From Dendrobates tinctorius (Eukaryota), in assembly GCF_039654945.1 (NCBI RefSeq), contig NW_027361825.1, positions 14,818,001 to 14,882,000 of the forward strand: DNA of 64,000 nucleotides, written 5' to 3'. Each line of letters begins with the position of its first letter. The stretch's first letter is position 1. Below, piece after piece: positions 14,637 to 28,649 of the stretch. Position numbers and translations under genes: made by a program. The notes below the pieces were generated by a model that saw only the letters and a program-made list of their open reading frames with translations, did no database searches and had not been told where the DNA came from.

Positions 14637-17595
14637 CTGTAGGGCCTAAGATGTATGGATAAGTCATTGGTTAGTTTAAGGGAACGTTAGAATAAATTGT
14701 AACATACATGCGGATAAGGATCAAATGTAGTTTTGCAAAAGATGGGATTTTCAAACCTGCATATTTCAAGGTCTCTTTAATGTACTGTTGATTCAATGTG
14801 ATTCATACAGCAATTATAGTGTGTCACCATGTATTATAAAGTGAACCTGACAGTAGAAATTAAGATAGCATGAATCAGACAATGATTGTGTTAATGCATC
14901 CGGATGTGTTTTACATATAATTTGAAAAGCAGGATGAGGACCACATATCTTGGATGACTAGTTTAAGACCAGTCCATGGAGGCTTCAACCCACCTGGTTC
15001 TCCTAAAGTGACAGGTCTCTCCCTATGTGTGTATACCTATTAGTGTAGGGGATTGGGTGGGTAGAAGCTGCATGGAATTTGCCTTGAACTAGTCATCCCT
15101 GAAACATGGAGAATCCAGAATGGAAATCAAAATAATCATACCATTTTATGTCATGATAGAGCAGGGCCAACTTTTCAGGGAAAAAAGCTATGTGGCCTGT
15201 TGTAGTAGGTAGGTGACACTGTTGCAGATTCATTGCTTTGCTCTGTGTAATTGAACTGAACATTGAGACCACTAGGCAAAACATTGGTTGGGGTCTTTAT
15301 CCACTTTCATTAGTTGAAATATGATGGTGGCTATTTCCTATGACATAAATAATGAGTTATGATAGCACTATCATCTATTACATTCCGTGACATTGTAAAG
15401 CTCTTGCTTATGTGGGAAACATTCTGTTTTACAATGGCCAAGCTTTGTATCCTAGCGCTGCATGGTGACCTCAGTTAACAATTAACAAAATATTTAATAA
15501 TAAAACTTAATAAACTTTGTAGGTTGCTTACACTCAGCTGATTGAGAAATATTTAAATTGGGGTTGGTTGAAGCCCAAATAGACACTGAGATCATTGGCT
15601 AAGTTACCCTCACTACACTATATTCCATTCTTGCTAATCTATCATGTCCCAATCCAAAATTAGGGGCAATGCTTATTTTAGGAACAAGATCATCTAAATT
15701 CATCAATGATCCAAATAGGGCATTACCAAAGTAAAGTGGATTTAAACACTCGTAAACCTAGTGGAAACTAAACCTCTAAAAGGGCAAGAAAATTACTTTA
15801 CAGGTCAACTTTCATCATTTATCATGCTTAAGCAATCACTGCTGGTAATATGGACATCAGCATTACATTGTAATAGTTGTAAGACTACCCTGACCAGGTA
15901 GGACCACTGTGCAGGTGGCCGGCAAAACGTGATCTTCTATATATTTCATCTGTATTTCATATCGTTCATCGTCTATTGTATCTACCTCTTTATCTTCAAT
16001 ATTCTCATACATAAAGCTTTTTATGCAGCATTTATACTGTACCATTTAACTACTTGGAAAGGTGTTACTTACAGCACAAGAGGTCAAAGGAGCCCAAGGA
16101 ACGAAAAATAGAAATTACCAGACCAGAGATGCACCTGACGGATTAACTAACAGTTACTTCACTTTCTATAGTTAGTGAACACCACAATTGAATATATATA
16201 TACTGCATATATACTGGTAATTAAAATTAATGAGGTCCCCAGGTTAATGAATGGGGCAGATGGAAAACATTTACTCATTAGTAGGTGCTCATTGTTTGTT
16301 TGTGTAGCTCGGCTTCCACATGATTGACATTGAAAATCAATATTTAAGCATATTAGACTTAAAACTTTTTTTTATTAAATGATGAAACCAGTCTATACTC
16401 AAATAAGATCCATTAAAGTTCAAAATCCAGTATATAAACTTCTATTGATTCAGAAATAGTGGCCTATCTATTTATGGTAAATCTGAGTTAATGCAGGGGA
16501 CGCGTATCCAGGACCCTCATCTATTAGCCAGAGTGGTGGGAGTATATAAACACTGTTGACATAACACCCACCCGGACTTGACAATTGGGCTACTGGAAAT
16601 AAGCCGAAGGGAACTCCAGCTTGACTTCTAGTAAGTGGTAGAGTACATGCAAGAATCTGGATGTCAACTGAACGCCCCTGTCAAAGAGTATATACAGATA
16701 GTAACAAAAGATGCTACAAACAGAGAGGACAATTAGACTGCAGAGGGAAAACCAGTAAGAGGAACAAAATATTAAATTTTGGAGAAGTGGATTGTATCTT
16801 ATCTACGCAGGATAGACACAGGTTGTGGCTGTGGCTTTCTTTTACAGAAAGTTTGAATCAGGAGCTGATGACAGCAGAGGTCTTTGGAAATTAGTTGGTA
16901 GCTGATGAATCTGACAGATTTTCAAACCTGATGTCTATGAAATTGGTCAAAACTATAAAATCATCCAGAGACACTGGACAGTCACGGTTAGCTGACTCCT
17001 TGATTCACCCAGTCATTCTTCCCAGAAGCAAGCCCTAATAGGTTCAATACTCAAATTCAATTCGACAGCCAGTTTACAAAGCTGAATGACATATTGGCAG
17101 ACCATAGATGTGTATTGATAAAAATGAAACAAGGAGGATAATGCAGATTATGTCTCACCTGGCTCTTCAGATAATACTTTTCTAAAGGTCACTGAGAAAT
17201 GCTGCGCATTAGACATCACTGGATCACTTTTTTTTCCCAATGTGGGGTGGCCCAAATTAATGTTTCAACAGACAGCAAGGACACAATGTAAACCATGAAA
17301 GTAAAAGGCTCATTGGTTCAAAAACCCTCTGTAGGATTTAGGATTATTAATCTTATAAGGAGGAACTGGCATGCGGAACCCCAGTCACACTAGGTTCCAG
17401 GAGCATTTGATGGTACTGGACCAGCATTAGCAGAGGATGGTGACAATAGAGCATCCAGACTAGATGAAATGCTTTGTAAAGTCTGGAACAGCTGGTCTTG
17501 ATGGCTACAATTGACACAGTCAAGTCATAATCTTTAGACAGAGGTACGTCAGTGGGATGCATGGCTGGCGCAAACTGATGCAAGGCCTACATATA

Positions 17596-19200
17596 CAGTG
17601 GGGAAAAAAAGTATTTAGTCAGTCAGCAATAGTGCAAGTTCCACCACTTAAAAAGATGAGAGGCGTCTGTAATTTACATCATAGGTAGACCTCAACTATG
17701 GGAGACAAACTGAGAAAAAAAAATCCAGAAAATCACATTGTCTGTTTTTTTTTCATTTTATTTGCATATTATGGTGGAAAATAAGTATTTGGTCAGAAAC
17801 AAAATTTCATCTCAATACTTTGTGATATATCCTTTGTTGGCAATGACAGAGGTCAAACGTTTTCTGTAAGTCTTCACAAGGTTGCCACACACTGTTGTTG
17901 GTATGTTGGCCCATTCCTCCATGCAGATCTCCTCTAGAGCAGTGATGTTTTTGGCTTTTCGCTTGTCAACACGGACTTTCAACTCCCTCCAAAGGTTTTC
18001 TATAGGGTTGAGATCTGGAGACTGGCTAGGCCACTCCAGGACCTTGAAATGCTTCTTACGAAGCCACTCCTTCGTTGCCCTGGCCGTGTGCTTTGGATCA
18101 TTGTCATGTTGAAAGACCCAGCCACGTTTCATCTTCAATGCCCTTGCTGATGGAAGGAGGTTTGCACTCAAAATCTCACGATACATGGCCCCATTCATTC
18201 TTTCATGTACCCGGATCAGTCGTCCTGGCCCCTTTGCAGTGAAACAGCCCCAAAGCATGATGTTTCCACCACCATGCTTTACAGTAGGTATGGTGTTTGA
18301 TGGATGCAACTCAGTATTCTTTTTCCTCCAAACACGACAAGTTGTGTTTCTACCAAACAGTTCCAGTTTGGTTTCATCAGACCATAGGACATTCTCCCAA
18401 AACTCCTCTGGATCATCCAAATGCTCTCTAGCAAACGTCAGACGGGCCCGGACATGTACAGGCTTAAGCAGTGGGACACATCTGGCACTGCAGGATCTGA
18501 GTCCATGGTGGCGTAGTGTGTTACTTATGGTAGGCCTTGTTACATTGGTCCCAGCTCTCTGCAGTTCATTCACTAGGTCCCCCCGCGTGGTTCTGGGATT
18601 TTTGCTCACCGTTCTTGTGATCATTCTGACCCCACGGGGTGGGATTTTGCGTGGAGCACCAGATCGAGGGAGATTATCAGTGGTCTTGTATGTCTTCCAT
18701 TTTCTAATTATTGCTCCCACAGTTGATTTCTTCACTCCAAGCTGGTTGGCTATTGCAGATTCAGTCTTCCCAGCCTGGTGCAGGGCTACAATTTTGTTTC
18801 TGGTGTCCTTCGACAGCTCTTTGGTCTTCACCATAGTGGAGTTTGGAGTCAGACTGTTTGAGGGTGTGCACAGGTGTCTTTTTATACTGATAACAAGTTT
18901 AAACAGGTGCCATTACTACAGGTAATGAGTGGAGGAAAGAGGAGACTCTTAAAGAAGAAGTTACAGGTCTGTGAGAGCCAGAAATCTTGATTGCTTGTTT
19001 CTGACCAAATACTTATTTTCCACCAAAATATGCAAATAAAATGAAAAAAAACAGACAATGTGATTTTCTGGATTTTTTTTTCTCAGTTTGTCTCCCATAG
19101 TTGAGGTCTACCTATGATGTAAATTACAGACGCCTCTCATCTTTTTAAGTGGTGGAACTTGCACTATTGCTGACTGACTAAATACTTTTTTTCCCCACTG
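17596..19200 (-). mobile_element. Full-length Tc1 transposon
   Basis: ~210-bp terminal inverted repeats starting CAGTGGGGAAAAAAAGTATTTAGTC, TA flanks on both sides, 1605 bp long. Confidence 0.97.
17812..18834 (-). CDS. Tc1 DD34E transposase, intact, 340 aa
   Basis: N-terminal HTH region, GAPRK linker, WSDETK, FQHDND and SPDLNPIE catalytic motifs; no stops. Confidence 0.95.
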   Translation of the reverse strand: MVKTKELSKDTRNKIVALHQAGKTESAIANQLGVKKSTVGAIIRKWKTYKTTDNLPRSGAPRKIPPRGVRMITRTVSKNPRTTRGDLVNELQRAGTNVTRPTISNTLRHHGLRSCSARCVPLLKPVHVRARLTFAREHLDDPEEFWENVLWSDETKLELFGRNTTCRVWRKKNTELHPSNTIPTVKHGGGNIMLWGCFTAKGPGRLIRVHERMNGAMYREILSANLLPSARALKMKRGWVFQHDNDPKHTARATKEWLRKKHFKVLEWPSQSPDLNPIENLWRELKVRVDKRKAKNITALEEICMEEWANIPTTVCGNLVKTYRKRLTSVIANKGYITKY

Positions 19201-19359
19201 TATATTGGATCATCAGGATTGCAAAGGATGAAGGACAATCCTATAGTCAAGACTCCATGTGAAATGGATGATGTGAGGTTGTAAACATTACCCATCTGAA
19301 GTACCAAATCAGGAGTAGTAATATATAGTCAATCAGACAAAAGTGTAGGGCAAAGAGAA

Positions 19360-21780
19360 GCAACTGCTGCACTCAAGAGAGTCTTTGTTTTTGCAAAACA
19401 GTGCTTAAATTTATTCAAAGTTCACCAGAGGAGAAAAAAAGTGGCAAGATAACGAGGTAATGTTTCGACCCTGCTCCAGGTCTTTATCAAACCTCACTGC
19501 AAAGGATACAGAAATAAACCAAAATTAGCACACAATATTAACACACAAGGTATATAGGAATACACGTATAAATATTGGAATGCTGTAAACATATTTACAT
19601 GTGGGTATAACAAATATATAAAATAAAATAGAGATGGATATCAAAATAAAATAAAATAAACAGTCCCTAAAAATAGTGGCTATTGGGGCATAGGTAACCA
19701 AAAAAATAGCGCAAGGTTCATAATTACAACAGATAAATTCGGGAGAACGATCAATATTAACAATAATTATTAAGCCATCAATATTAAGCCATTCTGGTGA
19801 AGGGGGTGAGGTGAGCACATGCTGAAAGCAGGGATTCTGAGGATTATTCCCAAGGCTGTCTCTATAAATGGAATGAATCACCTACCTTCGGTTCCAGATG
19901 AGGAAACCCTGGTTCACAACGTCATGGATCTTACAGTACCAACAGCAACAGTTCCACCAACAGCCTTACCCAGGGGCGTTTTTTGTCCAGCCGCCAACCC
20001 ACAAGACACAATACTTGACCAACAGGAGGAGACCGACATGGAGGGCCTCCCGCAAGCACTGCCGATCGCATGACAATAAGATCGCTGGTAAGGCACCCAA
20101 CACGGTCATCTATATCTCCTTGCACACCCTCAACCCTGCAGAACTAACAGTTGTCCAGCGGGGCTTGTCCTGCCCCACTCCACCCTGGGACAAGTTCAAA
20201 TTGTCACAGGACCTCCAGAACTTTTACTACAATCTACGTCTCAAAACCCATTTCGGACTACAACAGGATGTCACTAGACACAGGGTAGCCACCTCAGTTG
20301 AAACCCCTGTCCCTGAATTATCGATTTTGTCATTAGGATTACGCAATAAATAATAGTTTCCACCCACCTCAGAATTACCATGCTACTGAGGCCTATATCA
20401 ACCTCATACTACGGGATATAAATCACATCCTACAACAACACTGTTGGGGGTCCCTTTCAACACATAATAACATCACTCCAATTAAGAAACAGGCCATCGA
20501 ATCCCTCAAGAACAACAAACATATCATCATAAAACCAGCGGACATGGGGGAGCTATTGCCATCCAGAATCTAACTATACCACCAAAATTTTGAACCAACT
20601 TTCTGGCATATCCAAGTACAAGAAAATTCCCCATGATCCCACTCCAGCTATCAGAATCAAGATAGAAGGGATACTCTCCAAACACTTATCTTTCAACACT
20701 ATTGACAAAAAACTGCCACTTTCTTGACCAACCAACATCCCATCACTCCCATATTCTATACGCTCCCTAAAGTCCATAAATCTCTGAACAATCCACCCGG
20801 TCGCCCCAACGTGGCCTCCACGGAGTCCATCCTGGCCCCTATCTCCATTTTTTGGGAAAAATTACTGACTCCATTGACCAAGAAAACCTGGTCCTTCATT
20901 TTAGACACTGGTCATTTCCTTAAAATCATCTCACAGCTCCCAAAGATCCCACCTGACTGTATCCTAGTCACTTTGGACGTAAAAAGCCTATATACATCTA
21001 TTAGACATGATCTAGGCCTAGAAGCAATACAAATTTTCTTGAAACATCTGAACTCATGCACAACTCAAAACAGCTATGTTTGGACTTGTTGTCCCTAGTT
21101 TTACATGAAAATGTCTTCCTCTTTGGAGACCAGTTCTTTTTGGAAATCCGTGGCACTGCAATAGGCTTCAATGTGGCACTGGCTTATGCAAACATTTACA
21201 TGGACTCTTTTGAGTGTTCCTACATTTACAACAATGTCCTCTTTACAACATATAGCAAATGTTGACTATGTTACATAGACGATGTCTTTTGTCTATGGAT
21301 GGGTACCCCCAACACTTTGTTCACGTTTACGGAACAACTCAATTCAATTACAATTATACCGGAACTGAATTTCACACTCAATTGGAATATGACCAAAATT
21401 TCTTTCCTAGATACCCTTGTTATCGAAGACACTGAAGGGAACCTTATTACCGATATCTTCACAAAACCCACAGACTCCAACAGGTTCTTACATTATGCTA
21501 GCTGTCATCCAGCATCAACTAAACACAGCTTACCTCATCCTCAATTTCAAAGAGTCGCACGCATAGTCTCTAACGCGAGTCTTCTACCTACCCGACTCAA
21601 TGAAATGTCAAAAAAATTCATTGCTAGACAATACCCCACACAAATCCTTGAGCGGGAGAAAAAGATGGTTCTCGAGCCACCGACCGATCAGATCCCAAAA
21701 CCAAAACAAGAACATATAGCTTTTGTGCACACCCACCACCCTGTTATGCCTAAGGTTTATGATGTCATCCGAAAATATTT
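19360..21780 (+). mobile_element. Degenerate Penelope-like retroelement (RT pseudogene, 3'-truncated before GIY-YIG)
   Basis: Frameshifted fragments: VIYISLHTLNPAELTVVQRGLS, IIIKPAD, PIFYTLPKVHK...PPGRP, LVTLDVKSLYTSI, GTAIG...ALAYANIYM, YIDD (~21272), FLD, KHSLPHPQFQRVARIVSN. An inverted pLTR-like segment lies at about 19360-19500. Confidence 0.85.
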
Positions 21781-22087
21781 TTTTTCATTCATTTTTTTTT
21801 CATTTTTTCATTTATTTGTTTTTATTTATTTATTATTATGATTTCTATTTTTATTTTTTATTTTTAGTTTCCTTTTTTATTACCTTGATTGTTGTTTTCA
21901 TTGATTTAATTCCTTTTTATTATTCTTTATTATTCTTTATTATTTTTTATTTTTATTATTTTTTTCTTTTATATTTATTTTTAATTTTTACCATGATTAG
22001 CATTATTCTTTATTATGTACTAGCTGAAGAGCTTGGCGCTGCCCGAGCATAGTAACTAACTGTAGTTAGTTATAGCAAATTATAATT

Positions 22088-22615
22088 ATCCTCCATCCCA
22101 TAGTCCCATGCCCATATACTCATCATCCATATCCACGATCCCATAGGCCCGTGCCCATATACCCATCATACATATCCTCCATCCCATAGTCGAGTGCCCA
22201 TATACCCATCACAAATTCTCCATCCCATAGTCCCATGCCCATATACCCATCATACATATTCGCCATCACATAGTCCCATGGCCATATACCCATCATACAT
22301 ATTCGCCGTCCCATAGTAGAGTGCCCATATACCCATCACACATCCTTCATCTCATAGTCCCATGCCCATATACCCATCATACATATCCTCCATCCCATAG
22401 TTCTGTGCCCATATACCCATCATACATATCCGCCATCCCATAGTCCCGTACCCATATGCCCGTCATACATATCCTCCATCCGATAGTCCAGTGCCCATAC
22501 ACCCATCATACATATCCGCCATCCCATATTCCCGTACCCATATGCCCATCATACATATCCTCCATCCGATAGTCCAGTGCCCATATACCCATCACACATC
22601 CTCCGTCCAATAGTC
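22088..22615. repeat. ~39-bp minisatellite
   Basis: Tandem CCATCCCATAGTCCCATGCCCATATACCCATCATACATATCCT units. Confidence 0.9.
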
Positions 22616-22989
22616 AACCATTATGACATCATAATGAGCGGTGGGGCTTGCAACCTATGATGACCTATGATGACATCAGCGTCGCCATGGCAACCATTAT
22701 GACATCATAATGAGGGGCGGGGCATGATACACACACTTTTCCCCCATTATGTAGATAGGGGCAAAATTGTTTGGTGAATTGGAACACGCGAGGTTAAAAT
22801 TTCACCTCACAACATAGCCTAGGACACTCTCGGGGTCCAGACGTATGACTGTGCCGTGTGACTAGTATACTATGGTTGCTGATGCTGCTCCGTTAAAACA
22901 ATAGTCCTTTTCAGGGCTAAATATATTCCTTTCTGTCCCATCATGCACATCATCACTGTCCCCATTGGGGCTCACAATCTAGATTCCCT

Positions 22990-23110
22990 TTCATTATGTC
23001 TTTGGAATGTAGGAGGAAGCCAGAGAACCCAAAGGAAACCCATTCCAACATGGGGAGAACATACAAACTCCTTGCAGGGAGTCAGCATTCCTAACCACTG
23101 AGCCACAATA
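22990..23110 (-). mobile_element. SINE fragment (V-SINE-like)
   Basis: GTCTTTGGAATGTAGGAGGAAGCC...GGAAACCCA...GGGGAGAACATACAAACTCC...TAACCACTGAGCCAC resembles the reverse complement of vertebrate V-domain SINEs (recognised from memory). Confidence 0.6.
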
Positions 23111-24599
23111 TTGCACTATGAATGATGAATGAGAATAATGTAGAGATCCGCTCTCCAAAAATTATAAAAAATAATGTTGTGGCATTGCTATGGACAGTAG
23201 AGATAAACTGCCATTTTAAGAGACAGAACCCCCTTGGCTAGAGCAATGGGACATTCGGCTCTCCCTGCAATAAGACTGGCTTTGGTTTGCCCCTCCAGCT
23301 ATGGAGAGGGGAGGGGCTGTTTTTCCAGTGAGTGTTCTGAACTGGGAGTCTGCAGGAAGCTGGTGTGCTGTGAGGAGAGAAACGTGCAGCTGGTAACTTG
23401 CTGAACTTGTGGGATTTTGTCACGAAGATCTACAAGGAAGAAATTCAGAGGAGACAATTCACCGTTTCTAGGAACAGGTTTGGAATCTTCACACAAAGAC
23501 AAGACCACGTTGCACAGAGCTTCCAGGGAGGACATCGCATCATCTTGCCGAGAACTGCAGGGGGCCCCCAGGAAGGAACTGAGACACCAACTTTACCATG
23601 AATGTTAACCCTGTGTGCGCACATGTTTAGGGCTTAGGATAGGCTGCAATAGACAGAGCACGGTAGCCATGCAGCCGAAGTAGCAGCGGCCAGATAAGCT
23701 ATTGTTAGAGTAGCAGCATACTGTACTGTATTGTATTGTTTTGCCTTCTGAAAAATGCATACACTGAACTGTAATAGTTGGTGATCCATTGCATTTGTAT
23801 GGCCCAGCTACAGAATATCACTTTTGTAAATTGTTTTATGTCATTGCATACCCCTGTTTACACTTTCCTAACACTGCATTCCTTGCCTGTAAATAAATTA
23901 ACCCTTTGATGTATGCACCTCATCTTGTGTAGCGTAGTCTCCCTGCCTTGTGGTGGTCCCACGGCCATCGCTTCAGAATCAACAATAGGATCATAGAGTC
24001 TCGGGTTAAGTCTACTCCTGTTAAAGGTTGACAGGAATGTGACAGTGTTAACTAATAACAAAAGGTTAGCCCATTTAATCTTTACTGTGAAGCACTCTCT
24101 CCTCTCAGCTTACCCCATCTCAGGACACTTGAATCTTTGAACGGCAGATATAAGCTTGAAAATTTGTACTAGATCAAAAATGTTGATGAGATATTTACCA
24201 GTCAAGGTTGGATCAAGTAATTTATATATATAAAGCTGAGTGTATGTATGTGTGTATGTGTCAAGCTGCGCCCACTCCACATAACCCCGCCCACTCCGCA
24301 TAGCCAGACTCACTCCACAAAGCCCCGTCCATGCGGCCCACGTTGTTAGCACACACGGGCAGAGACACATTCACCTCGAAAGCCACCCTGCAAAACTCAC
24401 CGGCTGCAACGTCCCAGTCGCTGTGAGCTACAATCAGGGCTGCTGCCTTCAGTGTATTGGTGCGCGGCAGGCACAGGCCACATCTAGCTCCGTTGTGTCT
24501 AGAATGGAGTTGCTCCTGTGAGGCGTGACATCAAGGGAAAGGGAGGAGCCTCATGGTTTACACCACTGTGCTTATAGCAGGAAGTTGCTATGCACGTGT

Positions 24600-24930
24600 G
24601 AGAGGAAGAGAGGAGTGAGGTTAAAATGAGAGTAGTGAGGGGAAAATGAGAGGAGTGAGGGGAAAATAGTGGAGTGAGGGGAAAATGAGAGGTGTGAGGT
24701 GAAAATGAAAGGTGAGAGGTGAAAATGAAGAGGTGTGAGTGGAAAATGAGAGGGGAAAATAGTTGAGTGATCGGAAAATGGCAGGTGTGAGGTGAAAATG
24801 ACAGGTGTGAGGGGGAAAAATGAGAGGAGGGGGAAAATGAGAAGTATGAGGGGAAAATGAGAAATGTGAGGGGGAAAATGAGATATGTGAGGGGGGAAAA
24901 TGAGAGGCATGATGGGAAAATGAGAGAAGT
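24600..24930. repeat. GA-rich ~19-20-bp minisatellite
   Basis: Repeated GTGAGGGGAAAATGAGA units. Confidence 0.85.
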
Positions 24931-25059
24931 GAAGTTCTGCTGCAGTATAAGGCTGTGTATAGAGAAGCGTGAGGCAATGCAGGTGGAGGTGTGTATAAGG
25001 CCACATTCACACGTTCAGTATTTGGTCAGAATTTTACCTCAGTATTTATAAGCCAAAAC

Positions 25060-28000
25060 TAGTGTTGAGCATTCCGATACCGCAAGTATCGGGTATCGGC
25101 CGATACTTGCTGTATCGGAATTCCGATACCGACTTCCGATATTTTTTCAATATCGGAATTCGGCATCGGAATCAGAATTCAAAGTTGATTGACAGACTGA
25201 CGTCATCATGATGCGCGGTGTGTGCGCATCATGATGCGCCGTCATTTCGGGCCTTCCGGGGGGCTGTGCCGGCCTGCCGGGGGGCTGTGCCGGCCTGCCG
25301 GGGGGCTGTGTGGACTGCCCGGGGTCTGTACCGGCCTGCCGGGGGGCTGTGCCGGCCTGCCGGTGGTCTGTGCACCCTGTGGGGGTCTGTACCGGCCTGC
25401 CGGGGGGCTGTGCCGGCCTGCCGGTGGTCTGTGCACCCTGTGGGGGTCTGTACCGGCCTGCCGGGGGGCTGTGCCGGCCTGCCGGGGGCTGTGCTGATGT
25501 CCGGGGGTCTGTGCAAGCATCGTCCGATGGGACTACAAGTCCCATCGGGCGATGCCTGCTACCATGACAGTGATTGACACATTAGCCAATGATGGGACAG
25601 TAGTAGTCCCATCATCCGGCTAATGTGTTAAATGTTAAAAAAAAAAAAAAAAAATACTACATACATACTACATGCATGCTACATACATACTACATACTAC
25701 ATACATACTACATATATACTACATACATACTACATGCTACATACATACTACATGCATGCTACATACATACTACATGCATGCTACATACATACATGCTACA
25801 TACATACTACATGCATGCTACATACATACTACATGCTACATACATACTACATATATACCACATACATACATACTACATATATACTACATACATACTACAT
25901 ATATACTGCATACATACTACATACATGCTACATACATACTACATACATGCTACATACATGCTACATACATGCTACATACATGCTACATGCATGCTACATA
26001 CATACCACATACATACTACATACATACTACATACATACTACATGCTACATACATACCACATACATACTACATACATGCTACATACTACATACATACTACA
26101 TACATACTACATGCATGCTACATACATACTACATGCATGCTACATACATACTACATGCCACATACATACCACATACATACTACATACATACTACATACAT
26201 ACTACATGCTACATACATACTACATATATACTACATGCATGCTACATACATACTACATGCTACATACATACCACATACATACTACATACATGCTACATAT
26301 ATACTACATGCATGCTACATACATACTACATGCTACATACATACCACATACATACTACATACATGCTACATACATACTACATACATACTACATGCTACAT
26401 ACATACCACATATATACTACATACATACTACATACAATACATTCATACAATACATACATAGACATACAGTACATATAACATAGAGTAACATCCTTACCAA
26501 TACTTGTCACATTGTTCCCCGAAGCCATTGTCGTCTACGGAATAAATATTAACATAACAAACCACAAAAATACTCACCCACGATCCGAAGCAGTCCACGA
26601 GTGTGTCCCACGACGATCTTGGGTAGAGAACTGCAGCATCAGATGATGCTGCCGTTCTCTACTGGCTGCAGGAATCCAATGTAGGAAGGTAGGTATCCTT
26701 CCGCACTGTATTCCTCCGCCACTTAAAAAAAAAAAAGTCCCTAGTCTCACTTTATGCCATTGCTGCGTGGGAAATTCCCACACAGCAATGGCATAAAGTG
26801 AGACTAGGGACTTTTTTTTTTTTTTAAGTGGCGGAGGAATACAGTGCGGAAGGATACCTACCTTCCGTCATTGGATTCCTGCAGCCCGTAGAGAACGGCA
26901 GCAACAGCTGATGCTGCAGTTCTCTACCCAAGATCGTCATGGGACACACTCGTGGACTGCTTCGGATCGTGGGTGAGTATTTTTGTGGTTTGTTATGTTA
27001 ATATTTATTCCGGAAAAGACAATGGCTTCGGGGAACAATGTGACAAGTATTGGTAAGTATGTTACTCTATGTTATATGTACTGTATGTCTATGTATGTAT
27101 TGTATGAATGTATTGTATGTATGTAGTATATATGTGGTATGTATGTAGCATGTAGTATGTATGTAGTATGTATGTAGCATGCATGTAGCATGCAGTATGT
27201 ATGTAGCATGCATGTAGTATATATGTAGTATGTATGTGGTATGTATGTAGCATGTAGTATGTATGTAGCATGCATGTAGTATGTATGTAGCATGCATGTA
27301 GTATATATGTAGTATGTATGTAGCATGTAGTATGTAGCATGCATGTAGTATATATGTAGTATGTATGTAGCATGTAGTATGTATGTAGCATGCATGTAGT
27401 ATATATGTAGTATGTATGTAGCATGTAGTATGTATGTAGCATGTATGTAGCATGCATGTAGTATGTATGTAGTATGTATGTAGCATGTAGTATGTATGTA
27501 GCATGCATGTAGTATGTATGTAGCATGCATGTAGTATGTATGTAGCATGCATGTAGTATGTATATGGTATGTATGTAGCATGTAGTATGTATGTAGCATG
27601 CATGTAGTATATATGTGGTATGTATGTAGCATGCATGTAGCATGTATGTAGTATGTATGTAGTATATATGTAGTATGTATGTAGCATGTAGTATGTATGT
27701 AGCATGCATGTAGTATATATGTAGTATGTATGTAGCATGTAGTATGTATGTAGCATGCATGTAGTATATATGTAGTATGTAGCATGTAGTATGTATGTAG
27801 CATGCATGTAGTATATATGTAGTATGTAGCATGTAGTATGTATGTAGCATGCATGTAGTATATATGTGTTATGTATGTAGCATGTAGCATGCATGTAGTA
27901 TGTATGTAGTATATATGTGGTATGTATGTAGCATGCAGTATGTATGTAGCATGCATGTAGTATATATGTAGTATGTATGTTGCATGTAGTATTTATGTAG

Positions 28001-28649
28001 TATGAATGTAGCATGTATGTAGTATGTAGTATGAATGTAGCATGTATGTAGTATGCATGTTGTATGTATGTAGCATGTAATTTTTTTTTTTTTTTTTTAC
28101 ATTTAACACATTAGCCGGATGATGGGACTACTACTGTCCCATCATTGGCTAATGTGTCAATCACTGTCATGGTAGCAGGCATCGCCCGATGGGACTTGTA
28201 GTCCCATCGGACGATGCCTGCACAGACCACCGGCAGGCCGGCACAGCCCCCCGGCAGGCCGGCACAGCCCCCCGGCAGGCCGGCACAGCCCCCCGGAGCC
28301 TGCACAGCCCCCCGGCAGGCCGGCACAGCCCCCCGGAGCCTGCACAGCCCCCCGGCAGGCCGGCACAGCCCCCCGGAGCCTGCACAGACCACCGGCAGGC
28401 CGGCACAGCCCCCCGGCAGGCCGGCACAGCCCCCCGGCAGGCCGGCACAGCCCCCCGAAAGGCCCGTACAGACCCCAGAGAGGCTGTACAAGGGCAGGAA
28501 AGGGTTTTTCTTATTCCGATACCGGAAGTCCCATAGACTTGAATGGGACTTCCGGTATCGGAATCGGCGATACCGATACTTTTTTTAAAGATCGGCCGAT
28601 ACCATCCGATACGATACTTTGAAGTATCGGACGGTATCGCTCAACTCTA
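25060..28649. mobile_element. Non-autonomous hAT foldback element (3.6-kb near-palindrome)
   Basis: TIRs TAGTGTTGAGC / GCTCAACTCTA and a perfect 8-bp TSD GCCAAAAC (25052-25059, 28650-28657). Arms mirror around about 26774, each carrying a GC-rich ~19-bp minisatellite and a TACA/TACATGC microsatellite. Confidence 0.93.

Noticed and set aside
18185-18925. 246-aa plus-strand ORF
   Set aside because: Antisense shadow of the Tc1 transposase.
21723-22052. Very hydrophobic Phe/Tyr/Ile-rich ORF
   Set aside because: T-rich low-complexity tract at the Penelope truncation.
25625-28014. Long His/Tyr/Thr-rich ORFs (250-315 aa) on both strands
   Set aside because: Translations of the TACA/TACATGC microsatellite in the foldback arms; open in all three frames.
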